Shown here: positions 41,555-51,740 of the stretch, piece by piece
Layout of the letters: each line of letters opens with the position of its first letter
How positions within the stretch are numbered: the first letter of the stretch is position 1
Assembly (NCBI GenBank): GCA_037305845.1
Contig: CP147778.1
Span: 2,176,001 to 2,240,000, forward strand
DNA from: Candidatus Freyarchaeum deiterrae
Lineage (GTDB): Archaea > Asgardarchaeota > Jordiarchaeia > Jordiarchaeales > Jordiarchaeaceae
Reading direction: 5' to 3'
DNA: 64,000 nt
Made by a program: the position numbers and the translations under genes
The notes under the pieces: model-generated
Databases searched by the model: none
What the model saw: only the letters and a program-made list of their open reading frames with translations
Told to the model about the DNA's origin: nothing

Positions 41555-43309
41555 TTGGAGTCAAGATTTGAAGAAATATTGGATAAAATTGTCAATGAAG
41601 GTAATATTAGTCGTGAGGATGCTTTAAAACGTATAAACGAGAAAAAGAAAAAGATGGGCGGATTACTCACGGACGACGGTGCAGCTCACCTTGTAGCAAA
41701 GGAGTTGGGATTGGATGTATTCGAGAATATTGATTATAAGAAACCCACGCTCGAAATTAAGGATATATCCCTGGAGATGAGGAATGTAACAATTACTGGA
41801 AGAGTTGCCCGTATGTTTCCTCCCCGAGAATTTACTTCAAAGGATGGAAGAAAGGGAAAAATGGCCAGTATTGTACTCGCGGATAAATCTGGAGAAATTC
41901 GGGTTATCCTATGGGGCGACCACGTACAAAACATAGAAAAAGACAAATTGAAAGATGGGCAGATTATTCGCATATTCTATGGTTACATAAAAGAGGGGCT
42001 GAAGGGCGAACCGGAGTTACACGTAGGTTACAGAGGAAGAATAGAGGTGGGGCCCAAGGATGTAAAGGCAGGCGATTACCCCAAAATAAAAACTGGGCTA
42101 ATAAAAATAAATGAAATCAAACCGAATATGATGAGTGTGGACACAGTAGGCGCTATTCAGAGGCTTTCTCCCACATCAGAATTTAAGAGACAGGATGGCA
42201 GTCAAGGAAAAGTCTGCAACATAACTCTAGTAGATGAAACTGGAGGAATTAGAACTGTTTTTTGGGACGATCGAGTGGAGATAGCCGAAAAGCTAAGCGA
42301 GGGAGACACTATTAAAATAGAAGGCGGATACACAAGAGTCGGTTTAAGAGAGGAACCGGAACTGCACGTAGGCAAACTAACAAATGTGACTGTAAATCCC
42401 GATATAAAAATAGATGTGAAAATTACACCCCAACTCAGAGAGTCATTTCAAGAATTATCTGTTAAAATTAAGGATTTACAACCAGACATGAGAAGCGTGA
42501 ACATAGAAGGACGCGTAGTCAGCGTTTCCGATGCCCGAGAATTCACCAAAAAGGATGGATCAAGCGGAAAGATGATTCCATTCACCATCGCGGATGATAC
42601 AGGGGGTGTTCGTGTGGTAGCGTGGGGAGACCATTCTGAAACTGTAAGCGGGATATCCGAAGGCGACACTGTGAAAATAAAGAGGGCGTACACTCGAACT
42701 GGTTTACAAGGAGAAGTTGAAGCGCATTTAGGTAGATACTCAGAGGTGGAATTGAATTCAGCCGAAATCGAGATTCCCGATGTTAAACTCGTTAAACCCA
42801 AAGCTACAAGTATAGTGAGAAAAAATATAGCCGAATTGGAAAAAAATCAGATTGTTGAAATTAGAGCAACTCTAGTTCAGCTATATCAGAGAAAACCGGT
42901 TTACGAAGCTTGTCCGAAGTGTGCAAAAAAAGTTGAAAAAGTAAATGATGAATGGACTTGTAAGGAACACGGGGCGATAGACAAACCTGTTATCCGCTAT
43001 GTATTCAGCGGTGTTCTAGACGATGGAAAGGGAGTGATACGAGGAAACTTCGTGGGAGACGCAGCTCAAAAGCTACTTAATATGTCTCCGGAGCAAGCGT
43101 ATGATTTGATTAAAAAAACAAACAACCAGACAGAACCCCTAAAGGTAAAGGCTCCCGAGGTAGAAGGAAAGGAAATAATGGCCATTGGGAGAGTCGTTTA
43201 CAACGAGTATTCAAAACTATTAGAACTTAATGTACAGGATATTAAAGAAGCCAATCCTGAAGAAGAATCAAAAGTACTTTTGTCAAAACTAAATAAGAAA
43301 AAGAAATAG
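41555..43309 (+). CDS. rpa: Replication protein A large subunit (multiple OB folds plus Zn finger)
   Basis: Three repeated OB folds (DxTG.IR...W) and a CPKC...CKEHG Zn-OB fold. Confidence 0.9.
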   Translation: MESRFEEILDKIVNEGNISREDALKRINEKKKKMGGLLTDDGAAHLVAKELGLDVFENIDYKKPTLEIKDISLEMRNVTITGRVARMFPPREFTSKDGRKGKMASIVLADKSGEIRVILWGDHVQNIEKDKLKDGQIIRIFYGYIKEGLKGEPELHVGYRGRIEVGPKDVKAGDYPKIKTGLIKINEIKPNMMSVDTVGAIQRLSPTSEFKRQDGSQGKVCNITLVDETGGIRTVFWDDRVEIAEKLSEGDTIKIEGGYTRVGLREEPELHVGKLTNVTVNPDIKIDVKITPQLRESFQELSVKIKDLQPDMRSVNIEGRVVSVSDAREFTKKDGSSGKMIPFTIADDTGGVRVVAWGDHSETVSGISEGDTVKIKRAYTRTGLQGEVEAHLGRYSEVELNSAEIEIPDVKLVKPKATSIVRKNIAELEKNQIVEIRATLVQLYQRKPVYEACPKCAKKVEKVNDEWTCKEHGAIDKPVIRYVFSGVLDDGKGVIRGNFVGDAAQKLLNMSPEQAYDLIKKTNNQTEPLKVKAPEVEGKEIMAIGRVVYNEYSKLLELNVQDIKEANPEEESKVLLSKLNKKKK

Positions 43310-43515
43310 TCGTACTTGGGCCTAAGGCACGTATCTAAACTTCTAAAAACCACCTTTGTAAGTCGAAACTCAAATGAAGTTTGTATCTTACTCTAGCTAG
43401 AGCAAATAAGGAGAAACGTATAAGACAATTCCCTCGTATTGTTTTCAGGTACAGCAAATCCGCCTCCTAACAAGAGTTGGAAATTAAAAATTGAAATACT
43501 TGTACCCGAATTGTT

Positions 43516-44139
43516 TTGGTGATATTTTTGGAAGAAAAGTCAGAATGCCCTTTCTGTGGTAGAGAATCTCTGGAAAGCTCCTTTACTAGTCTAAATATAC
43601 CTTATTTTAGCGAAATATTTCTGGTAAAATTTCACTGCCCATTATGCGGTTATACTGCTAGCGACTTCCTAAGTACTCGATATGGAAGACCGACTAGATG
43701 CATCTACAAGGTCAAAAACGAAAAAGAACTAACTGCACGTGTGATCAGAGCTGCCACCGGGACAATAAAAATTCCCGAATTAGGCACAGTGATTGAGCCT
43801 GGTCCGGCCTCTCAAGCATTCGTCACCAATGTTGAAGGAGTCATAGCAAATATACTAGCTGTTGCAGAAACGGCTAGAAAATGGACAGAGACAGAGGACG
43901 AAAAGAGAAACTGCGATTTAGCCATAGAAAAAATAAAAAAGGCACAAACCGGTGAATTACCTTTCACGATTATACTTGAGGATCCATTCGGAAACAGCAT
44001 GATAATCGCAAAAAATCAATCTAGCGTAAGTGTAGAAGAATTAACCGAAGAAGAATTGGAAAACCTCAGAACCGGAGGCTTAATGCTCTTCACACCCAGC
44101 GACCCAAATGAAAAAGTAGGAAATACCGATTATAAATGA
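43516..44139 (+). CDS. ZPR1 zinc-finger protein
   Basis: CPFC, IPYF, CPLCGY, NVEG, DPFGNS. Confidence 0.92.
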   Translation: MVIFLEEKSECPFCGRESLESSFTSLNIPYFSEIFLVKFHCPLCGYTASDFLSTRYGRPTRCIYKVKNEKELTARVIRAATGTIKIPELGTVIEPGPASQAFVTNVEGVIANILAVAETARKWTETEDEKRNCDLAIEKIKKAQTGELPFTIILEDPFGNSMIIAKNQSSVSVEELTEEELENLRTGGLMLFTPSDPNEKVGNTDYK

Positions 44140-44189
44140 AAAGTTCTTTCCTACCATCCTAATTCGGGCAATCTCTGCTTTTTGATTTC

Positions 44190-44411
44190 TTAAAAGAACG
44201 GAAGAATACTACGTATAAGACTTGAATTTTGGGTTGTAAAGAATAGCGAAGCAATGACTACAATGATGAGCCCTACACTCATAACGACCACTAGGGTGGG
44301 TCCTATCTTAGGTCCTGCAGTTTCTTCCTCAAAGAATCGTATCAAACCAGCGCCTGCAATGGGCATAGGAGCTTGATCTGAACTCTTTCTCCTTTTCTTA
44401 ACCTTCGACAA
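44190..44411 (-). CDS. secG: Preprotein translocase Sec61-beta
   Basis: AGLIRFFEEE..GPKIGP plus TM helix. Confidence 0.9.
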   Translation of the reverse strand: MSKVKKRRKSSDQAPMPIAGAGLIRFFEEETAGPKIGPTLVVVMSVGLIIVVIASLFFTTQNSSLIRSILPFF

Positions 44412-44670
44412 TTGTTTTCCTCCTAAGGTCTTGTTTAGGAACCGTATATAAAAATGTTTTCTGTCACCAATTATATGCGGTATGTACCTGTTTGTTATTA
44501 TAACACTTTCAAGGATTTAACTCCTAAAAGGGGCTTTTTAAAAATTCCTCTCAAATCAAAACCAAATGATTTCCACGCCCGCCGTTTTTATTGATTAGAA
44601 ATAAAACTAATCTATTTCGAAAATAATGCAAATTTCGCCTTTTTTTTAAAATCCTGTTCATTTGATACTT

Positions 44671-44964
44671 TTATAATCTGAATTCGCATTGGCACGGATT
44701 ATCTTTACATCTGGGGCACTTTCCAGGATATTTTTTTTGAGCCGCTTCTTCCAAGTCTATGTCAAGTACATTAGCGAGGCTAGCAAGCCAAGCAAAAACA
44801 TCAGCAAGTTCTTCTTTTATTTTATCCTTGTCTTCGGTTCTCAGAACACGAGCCAATTCTCCAATCTCACTCACCAACCAAACAAAATTACCAAGTCTGC
44901 CTCGTTTTTTATCGTTCTTAAAATAAAGATCGTGCATTAACTGTTGAAACTCTTTTATTTCCAT
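44671..44964 (-). CDS. MazG-like NTP pyrophosphohydrolase
   Basis: EIGEL...EELADVFAWL, C-terminal CPRC. Confidence 0.88.
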   Translation of the reverse strand: MEIKEFQQLMHDLYFKNDKKRGRLGNFVWLVSEIGELARVLRTEDKDKIKEELADVFAWLASLANVLDIDLEEAAQKKYPGKCPRCKDNPCQCEFRL

Positions 44965-45269
44965 AAAACCACCTCAATTTGAACTCATATCTTAAAAGCG
45001 GGGAAGAATTGGTGTTCTTTCGACTTCAATAGTTCTGTATTCTTCTTTTATATTTTTGAATGTGGCGTGTATTCTCACCTACAGTCCACCATTATATGGC
45101 TGGTAAAGAACGCCTTGCTTATAAAGCATCAGCATCCAAATTTTAAAATCGTTAAATATATTTAATAATGCACGTGAAGTATAAATATTTAAAAATTAAA
45201 CCTAATTTTAAAAAAGGGAATACATAGGATCTGGGTGTGGCGTTGAACTTAGCATGGAGGTAGTAGATT

Positions 45270-46118
45270 TTGAAGGTTCAGGATATCATAGAAGAAAAAG
45301 TGCCATATGTAACTGTGCCGGGAACGAGAGAGGATGTACTCAAAGTCATGGGAGAGAGTGGAATAACATTCTTACCGGTAGTTAAAAAGGGCAAGATGGA
45401 AGTTGTGGGAACAATCTCGGAAAAAAGTCTGATGGACAAACCAGAAGAAAGCCAAATTGGATTATTGATGACTAGGGATCCCATAACTGTATCCAAGGAA
45501 ACCCCCATCAAAGATTTAGTGAAGATATTATTAGAAAACAATCTGCGATATGTTCCAGTCACTAAAAATGGTAAAGATCTCGTGGGACTAGTGTCGGTAG
45601 CGGATGTGGTTAGAAAAGCAATCGCGGTTGAAAAAGAATCCGGACCAATAAAAAATTATGTTAAAAAAGAGCTGGTAACCGTCTGGGAAGGGACGCCCGT
45701 CCTTGTCGCGTTCACAATAATGAGACTTGCAAGAGTAAGCATATTACCTGTACTGGATGACAATGGAAAACTCTCAGGAATAATTGACGCATCTGATTTT
45801 CTACATTTAAGCGAGGTTGTGTCTGAGGAGAAGGTATCGAGTATAACTGCTGGCAGCGAAGGAACAGATTGGAGCTGGGATTCAGGAGACGTATTCCACA
45901 TTACCACCAAAACACTTCGTTTACCTAATAAACCAATTAAAGAGGTAATGACAAGAAGCGTGGAGGCGGTGACGGAACTCACAAGCTTTGATGACTGCGC
46001 GAAAAGAATGAGAAAGCTTGATTTAAATCAGATACCAGTTACTGATGCAACAGGAAATATCAGCGGTATAATCCACGATGTAGATTTAATCAAAGGCTTT
46101 TTCCAAATCTCCGTATAG
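45270..46118 (+). CDS. CBS-domain protein (4 CBS, archaeal WSWDS type)
   Basis: CBS repeats. Confidence 0.88.
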   Translation: MKVQDIIEEKVPYVTVPGTREDVLKVMGESGITFLPVVKKGKMEVVGTISEKSLMDKPEESQIGLLMTRDPITVSKETPIKDLVKILLENNLRYVPVTKNGKDLVGLVSVADVVRKAIAVEKESGPIKNYVKKELVTVWEGTPVLVAFTIMRLARVSILPVLDDNGKLSGIIDASDFLHLSEVVSEEKVSSITAGSEGTDWSWDSGDVFHITTKTLRLPNKPIKEVMTRSVEAVTELTSFDDCAKRMRKLDLNQIPVTDATGNISGIIHDVDLIKGFFQISV

Positions 46119-46233
46119 CGATACCAAGGTGCCAACGTTAAAAAAAGAGACATTGCAACTGCTTTCTCCTAAAAAAAGCCCACATAGATTTAATCTGAGA
46201 AAAATTTAGAAAATGAAAACTTGAGAAAATGGC

Positions 46234-46398
46234 CTACTTCTTTGTGGCTTGTCGTTTCTTAAGCCTGAGCCTTTTGCTTTTGCACCTGCGGCATTTGGTT
46301 GCTGATAAAGCGTTCCGTGCGTAGCACTTCCTGCAAATTTTGACATACAATAAGTGTTCCTGCGCGATTCTTCTTTTATCAGGGTCTCCAATAGGCAT
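46234..46398 (-). CDS. rpl40e: Ribosomal protein eL40
   Basis: MPIGDP...KICRKCYARNALSATKCRRCKSKRLRLK; the ORF track shows a different frame. Confidence 0.94.
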   Translation of the reverse strand: MPIGDPDKRRIAQEHLLYVKICRKCYARNALSATKCRRCKSKRLRLKKRQATKK

Positions 46399-46532
46399 AA
46401 TCACTCACCTGTAGTGCTGAGTACTGTCTTCTTGAAACCATAATACGCTTTTAAGCTTTTTCTCTAAAGTTCGTTGCATAATAAATAGATATGTTTTTGG
46501 TGAGGTTAAATCAAACTTTTTTTTCTAAAAAG

Positions 46533-47018
46533 TTAGGTTATTGTTTCTAGTACAACATGGGCGTTGGTTTCTTCTACTCCATCAATTTCTGAAACTATTT
46601 TTAGGAATTTATCAAGCTTGGGTTGAGTAACCAGCGCGATAATGTCAACGGTGCCTGTGACCCTAAAAATTCTTGAAGCTCCCGCATTTTTTATCTCCTC
46701 ATAGGCTTTTATCCTCTTTTGTGGAAAGACCTTTATGAATACAAATGCATCGGTGTCTGATTCTCCAAGAAGACTTAGGGCTTTACTCGTGAGATCAATA
46801 AACCCTCTCCCCGTTCTAATAAAGTTGCCATCTCGAAGTTTTCTAAGATGGTTGCTAAGACCCTGTCGCGTTATTCCCATTTCTTTTGCAAGAGCGGTCT
46901 GGGTCCTGTAAATTGAGCAAACTCTAATGTTCTTACCGTTATCGTGCAACTTTTTTAAGATCTGAATCTGCTTCTCGGTTAGTTTGAAGACATTTTCGTT
47001 ATCCATCCTAAAACTCAT
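46533..47018 (-). CDS. Lrp/AsnC-like regulator
   Basis: HTH (TQTALAKEMGITRQ), RTGRGFID, RVTG. Confidence 0.82.
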   Translation of the reverse strand: MSFRMDNENVFKLTEKQIQILKKLHDNGKNIRVCSIYRTQTALAKEMGITRQGLSNHLRKLRDGNFIRTGRGFIDLTSKALSLLGESDTDAFVFIKVFPQKRIKAYEEIKNAGASRIFRVTGTVDIIALVTQPKLDKFLKIVSEIDGVEETNAHVVLETIT

Positions 47019-47228
47019 CCTAGACCTTTTAATCTACATCTTTACATATGTAAATAAAAAAGTTTTTGTAGAATAACCATAAGAATTGAAACTGATAATT
47101 TACAAAAAATAGTGTTTAAAAGAATTAATCACAAAATCTGTTAAGTTTTATAAATCACAAAAGCTATAATTCAAATTACCAACATTTTTACCACAATTTC
47201 TTCGTAAAAAGTGTAGGAGATTATTTCC

Positions 47229-47858
47229 ATGCCGGCTGTTGAATTCAAATCTGGAGAATTAACACTAGAAGGTTACCTTGAAATTCCAAAAGGAGACGGC
47301 CCTTTTCCCGTTTCTATAGTTTGCCATCCACATCCCCTATATGGGGGCGAAATGCACAACAACGTAGTAATTGGTGTATGCTCGAACCTTATTAAGAACC
47401 AAACAGCTGCATTGAGATTTAACTTCCGAGGCGTAGGGAGAAGTGAGGGAGAATACGGCGATGGAATAAAAGAACAGGATGATACAAGAGCAGCTCTCGA
47501 ATTTCTTCTTCAAAGCGATGAAATAGATCCTAACAGAATAACACTCACCGGATACTCTTTCGGAGCATTTGTAGGATTAGCAGCTCTCTACAATAATGAA
47601 AACATCAAAGCACTAGTAGGAATCTCTCCTCCTCTAACACTATTCGAATTCAACTATCTGAAAACCTGCACAAAACCAAAACTGCTAATCATAGGGAACA
47701 TGGACCAATATACACCCGAAAAAATGTTCAACAGTTTTTACGAAAAACTCCCCGAACCCAAAGAAAAAAGAATACTTCAAGGAGTAGACCACTTCTACGG
47801 GGGTTACGAAAACGAGGTGGGAAGAATAACCTCTCAATTCCTACAAAAAAACCTGTAA
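47229..47858 (+). CDS. Alpha/beta hydrolase
   Basis: HPHPLYGG, RFNFRGVG, GYSFG, DHF. Confidence 0.9.
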   Translation: MPAVEFKSGELTLEGYLEIPKGDGPFPVSIVCHPHPLYGGEMHNNVVIGVCSNLIKNQTAALRFNFRGVGRSEGEYGDGIKEQDDTRAALEFLLQSDEIDPNRITLTGYSFGAFVGLAALYNNENIKALVGISPPLTLFEFNYLKTCTKPKLLIIGNMDQYTPEKMFNSFYEKLPEPKEKRILQGVDHFYGGYENEVGRITSQFLQKNL

Positions 47859-47928
47859 GAAATCATTAATTGAAAAACACCTTAAAATTATAAGGTATCA
47901 TCTACAATTTAATAATATAAAAAAATAG

Positions 47929-47961
47929 GGACCAAATAGTTCTTATGGCATTTTTTGGTCC
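47929..47961. terminator. Inverted repeat between convergent genes
   Basis: ggaccaaa...tttggtcc. Confidence 0.35.
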
Positions 47962-47982
47962 ATTTAACTTCTAACCTCTGGA

Positions 47983-48429
47983 TTACTTCTTCTTCTTGGC
48001 TTTAGCTTTTGACTCCTTTCCTTCTTCGCCTTCCTCTTCTTCAGCTTTCTCAAGCTCTTCTAAGGGGACAGGTGGAGGTGTTGTAAGCATTGTATAACCA
48101 ATCCAGGCTGCGATGACAAGGATTAGAGTTACCGCGAGCCAGATAGGAATCGCTACAGCTACGAACCTCGGCGGGACAGCTACCAAACTCAGAAGTCCTC
48201 CGAATATTGGTGAAAATGAGAAATAGTACTGTATATACACGAGAGTGTTGAAGCCTAATAGTTGGCTTGTATTTCCGTAATATGCTAGTAGGAGTTGCAT
48301 TGTTGAGGTTCCGTTGTCTACTTGTGATCCTATAAAGACTCCGTAGACCAATGTTATCCAGCTGTACCAGAGGATAATTACCACTGCAACAATGAGTATT
48401 ATGGCGCCATAAATTTTGTCTCTAGCCAT
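47983..48429 (-). CDS. DPM2-like membrane protein
   Basis: DKIYGAII...WYSW...PRFVAVAIP...IGYTML resembles eukaryotic DPM2. Confidence 0.55.
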   Translation of the reverse strand: MARDKIYGAIILIVAVVIILWYSWITLVYGVFIGSQVDNGTSTMQLLLAYYGNTSQLLGFNTLVYIQYYFSFSPIFGGLLSLVAVPPRFVAVAIPIWLAVTLILVIAAWIGYTMLTTPPPVPLEELEKAEEEEGEEGKESKAKAKKKK

Positions 48430-48639
48430 TTTTATTCTCTCCAAATATTGCCTTTTACGCATTACTCTTTTGGGTTATTAGCTTTTCGGGTGATGCTGTT
48501 AGGAAGTCATTGATACTGATGCTTTCATATTTACCCTACAAGACATTAATAAAAATTTCTCTAATGGCACAAATTCCAGTGAGTGGATTACTCTCGTTGA
48601 GTTGATTATTTTTAGTTTTAAGGTTTTCAAAATAGAAAA

Positions 48640-49500
48640 TTAAATTTCTATTTCTTTCAGATATTCGCTAATTGTAACTATCTTATTATAATCTTCTTTT
48701 AACTGAGTTAACAAAATCTTCAGATCATTCACATTTTTTCCCATTTCCTTCTCCCCAAGAACCCTTTTTTCTTTAATAAAATAAGCTAGATGCCAAGGAT
48801 GGAAAGAGATTTGAAGCAATCCACCCTTATCGTTTTTTTGATATACCTTTAAGATTTTCTTGTATTCATCTATGCTTCTCCCTCTCTCAAAGAGCGCCCA
48901 GGTATAGAGTGACATTTTCCCCGGATTCAGTGGATAAACAGGGAGTGGAACCTCTATTATGCTATTCTGCTTTTCTTTTATGCGATACGGGAATGGAGGT
49001 TCAGTAGTTTCTACCGTTATTGATGAGTCGTATAAATATCCGAGTTTGACCAGAGCTTTAATGGTGTCGGAGTTTGCTCTAAGATACGGCGCCCTAAATC
49101 CCTTAGGCTCAACGTTTAACATTCTCTTAATGGTTTGCGTTGCTTCTTTCAAAATTCCAAGCTGTTGATTATAATCTATTCTTATACCAGTTCCCTCCCC
49201 CGTTAAATCCTCGTGATCCATTCCGTGGCAACCCACTTCATTTTTTAACAACGGTTTTACCAGTTCACCTTGCTGCTCTTTGAGATATAATAAGGCTCTC
49301 GCCTCAATAAAAAACGTGGCTTGTATCTCTAATTCGTTCAGAAGCTCTAGTGTTCTAGTAAGGCCCCTAACTGTGCAGTCAAAAACGGCATCTGTTTTCC
49401 CATCAAAATTGGATATCAGAACATCGCTAACCGCTTGCTTAACTCCTTTGACCGGCATAGGGCAATCTCTGTCCAAGTCTATGGAAATTGCAACGTTAAT
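48640..49500 (-). CDS. Polysaccharide deacetylase (CE4 family); start uncertain
   Basis: SIDLD, ATFF, HGMDH, GFRAPY, YDSS, FHPW. Confidence 0.85.
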   Translation of the reverse strand: MNVAISIDLDRDCPMPVKGVKQAVSDVLISNFDGKTDAVFDCTVRGLTRTLELLNELEIQATFFIEARALLYLKEQQGELVKPLLKNEVGCHGMDHEDLTGEGTGIRIDYNQQLGILKEATQTIKRMLNVEPKGFRAPYLRANSDTIKALVKLGYLYDSSITVETTEPPFPYRIKEKQNSIIEVPLPVYPLNPGKMSLYTWALFERGRSIDEYKKILKVYQKNDKGGLLQISFHPWHLAYFIKEKRVLGEKEMGKNVNDLKILLTQLKEDYNKIVTISEYLKEIEI

Positions 49501-49599
49501 CCTTATTTCCTCCTTCAGACATTTGAATGATGAGAGAACAACATAGACGTCAACTTTAAAAATAATTCGGCAAAACTCAACTTGGAGGTTTGGTTGGTA

Positions 49600-50454
49600 A
49601 TGGTTGCGAAGATACTTGATGGCAAGGAAATTGCGGCTAGTATAGAAGAAGAGATAATGGAAGAGACAAGGGAACTCTTGGAAAAATACGATGTGACACC
49701 CGGTCTTGCAGTTATCCTTGTGGGAAGCGATCCGGGTTCTCAAGTTTATGTAAATATAAAGAAAAAGTCCAGTAGTAGAATGGCTTTCCACTTTGAGGAT
49801 TACGTGTTACCAGACACGTCTGAGGAAGCGGAAATAATTGAACTCATCCAGCGATTAAACGAGAATGATAGAATTCACGGAATTTTGGTTCAGCTTCCCC
49901 TGCCAAAACATTTGGATGAAAATCGGATAATCTCCGCCATTTCTCCCGAAAAGGATGTGGATGGCTTGCACCCGGTTAATGCTGGCAAACTTCTCCTGAA
50001 GCAGGAGGGATTTGTTGCTAACACGCCCGCCGGTATTTTGGAGATGCTGAGGAGAAATAACATAGATGTAAAAGGTAAGGACGTTGTTATCGTGAATAGA
50101 AGTAAGATTGTGGGCAAACCACTCATGGTTCTGTTAATTAATAACGATGCAACGGTTACCGTTTGCCACACAAAAACAAGGGACATAAAAGCCCACACAA
50201 GACAAGCGGATATCCTAGTAGTCGCAGTAGCAACACCGAAATTCATAACCGCTGACATGGTAAAAGAGGGAGCTATCGTTATTGACGTTGGGACGAATAG
50301 GGTAGAAGGTAGATTATGTGGAGATGTGGATTTCGAAGGAGTAAAGGAAAAAGTCTCCTATATCTCTCCTGTTCCGGGCGGAGTTGGACCCATGACTGTG
50401 GTTATGCTGATGAGAAATGTTCTTCTGGCGGCGAAACGAAATCTAAAAAAATAA
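49600..50454 (+). CDS. folD: Methylene-THF dehydrogenase/cyclohydrolase
   Basis: GILVQLPLP, KDVDG, PVPGGVGPMT. Confidence 0.96.
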   Translation: MVAKILDGKEIAASIEEEIMEETRELLEKYDVTPGLAVILVGSDPGSQVYVNIKKKSSSRMAFHFEDYVLPDTSEEAEIIELIQRLNENDRIHGILVQLPLPKHLDENRIISAISPEKDVDGLHPVNAGKLLLKQEGFVANTPAGILEMLRRNNIDVKGKDVVIVNRSKIVGKPLMVLLINNDATVTVCHTKTRDIKAHTRQADILVVAVATPKFITADMVKEGAIVIDVGTNRVEGRLCGDVDFEGVKEKVSYISPVPGGVGPMTVVMLMRNVLLAAKRNLKK

Positions 50455-50562
50455 TGACTTCTTCTTCTGCTGTTTTAATTCCACAATTTTCTCCTTCCTG
50501 AGTTTTATTTAGTTGTATTAGCTTTGAATAAAAAAAAGAGAGGGTGCTGATAACCCTTTTTA

Positions 50563-51405
50563 CTATTTGCTTTTTGGTTTCGGCTTTGGTTTTTCGTATC
50601 TTCTGCGGAACCAGTCTGGTAACACGTAACCTACGTATGTGGGTATTGCGGATATCAGTACTAATGTCCATCCAATGAATAGAAAGATTGTCCAACCGCC
50701 CAAGATGCTGTCGATGAGGTAGCACCCGAAGAACAAAATAAAGAGCACCGCTGTGAGGGATACAAGCAGGAAGCCTCTCTTGTAGAGTTTGCTGTCTGTT
50801 AGGCGCATAGCTTTTATAGAGTAATAAATCAGTAATCCCTGAGTTACCAATCCAACCCCAAAAGCGAGGAACCAGTTAATTGTTATGTTTGTGTTTGCTA
50901 TGAGTACAAAGATGACTGCACCTATGAAAACACCGTAGGGTGCAACATACTTTGCTTTCACTTCTTTGAAGGCCGAAAGGGTGAACAGGAAGATGAACAA
51001 GTGTCCTATCGCCGCGGCTATGAGTGAGGCGCTCCACTGATAAATCAAAAGCATCGTATAACCCCACACGTGATAGACTAACCATGTTGCCAAATTGTTG
51101 AAAGTGGAAAATAGTATTGCTACGAACCCAAATGGAATGAAATAACCAGTCAGTGCATATGTTAGTGCGGGGGGGAACAAAGAGTCCATCAGTATTAAGC
51201 TCCAGTAACTAGTATAGATAATATGTCCATAGCCAGCGAACAATGCACCAAAAACGTACACGAAATATGTTAAAGACAGATATCCTATAGCTGCACTTCG
51301 CCTTTGTCGCCAGCGTACCGCAAAGATAGCACCGATTACAAAAAGTAGTACCGCCATTAAAATCTCGTATATTATCAGTTCGTTTAAAATATCTAAGCTA
51401 ATCAA
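50563..51405 (-). CDS. Multi-pass (about 7 TM) membrane protein
   Basis: Hydrophobic helices, C-terminal YVGYVLPDWFRR. Confidence 0.6.
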   Translation of the reverse strand: MISLDILNELIIYEILMAVLLFVIGAIFAVRWRQRRSAAIGYLSLTYFVYVFGALFAGYGHIIYTSYWSLILMDSLFPPALTYALTGYFIPFGFVAILFSTFNNLATWLVYHVWGYTMLLIYQWSASLIAAAIGHLFIFLFTLSAFKEVKAKYVAPYGVFIGAVIFVLIANTNITINWFLAFGVGLVTQGLLIYYSIKAMRLTDSKLYKRGFLLVSLTAVLFILFFGCYLIDSILGGWTIFLFIGWTLVLISAIPTYVGYVLPDWFRRRYEKPKPKPKSK

Positions 51406-51740
51406 ACTTTCTATCCCCGAAAATCATTGTAACTCTTATAATTATTATTCTGTTAATGTTTTTAAATTATATTTAGAATAACTAATAATTATAGCTTTTG
51501 TTAAGAAAAATACTAATAATTATTTTTATAAAATTTGATTAAATTTCAATCTCCTCTCGTTGAGTTTAAATGCTATAAGTGTCTTCTAATTTTTAGTTAG
51601 AGAATATTTAATAGTTTGTGAAACATGATTCTTTCAAGAATCTTAATATTTATACCAGTAATCTAAAAAGTGTTAGATATTTTCTCTGTCCTTTGCATCA
51701 TTTTTGCTTCTTAAATCTAAATAACAGGGAAGTGAGAAGT

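Noticed and set aside
44992-45135. Minus-strand short ORF with an internal in-frame TAG (possible readthrough)
   Set aside because: No recognisable protein similarity and no pyl genes in the window
46206-46391. 61-aa ORF from the track
   Set aside because: Wrong frame; the real gene is rpl40e at 46234-46398
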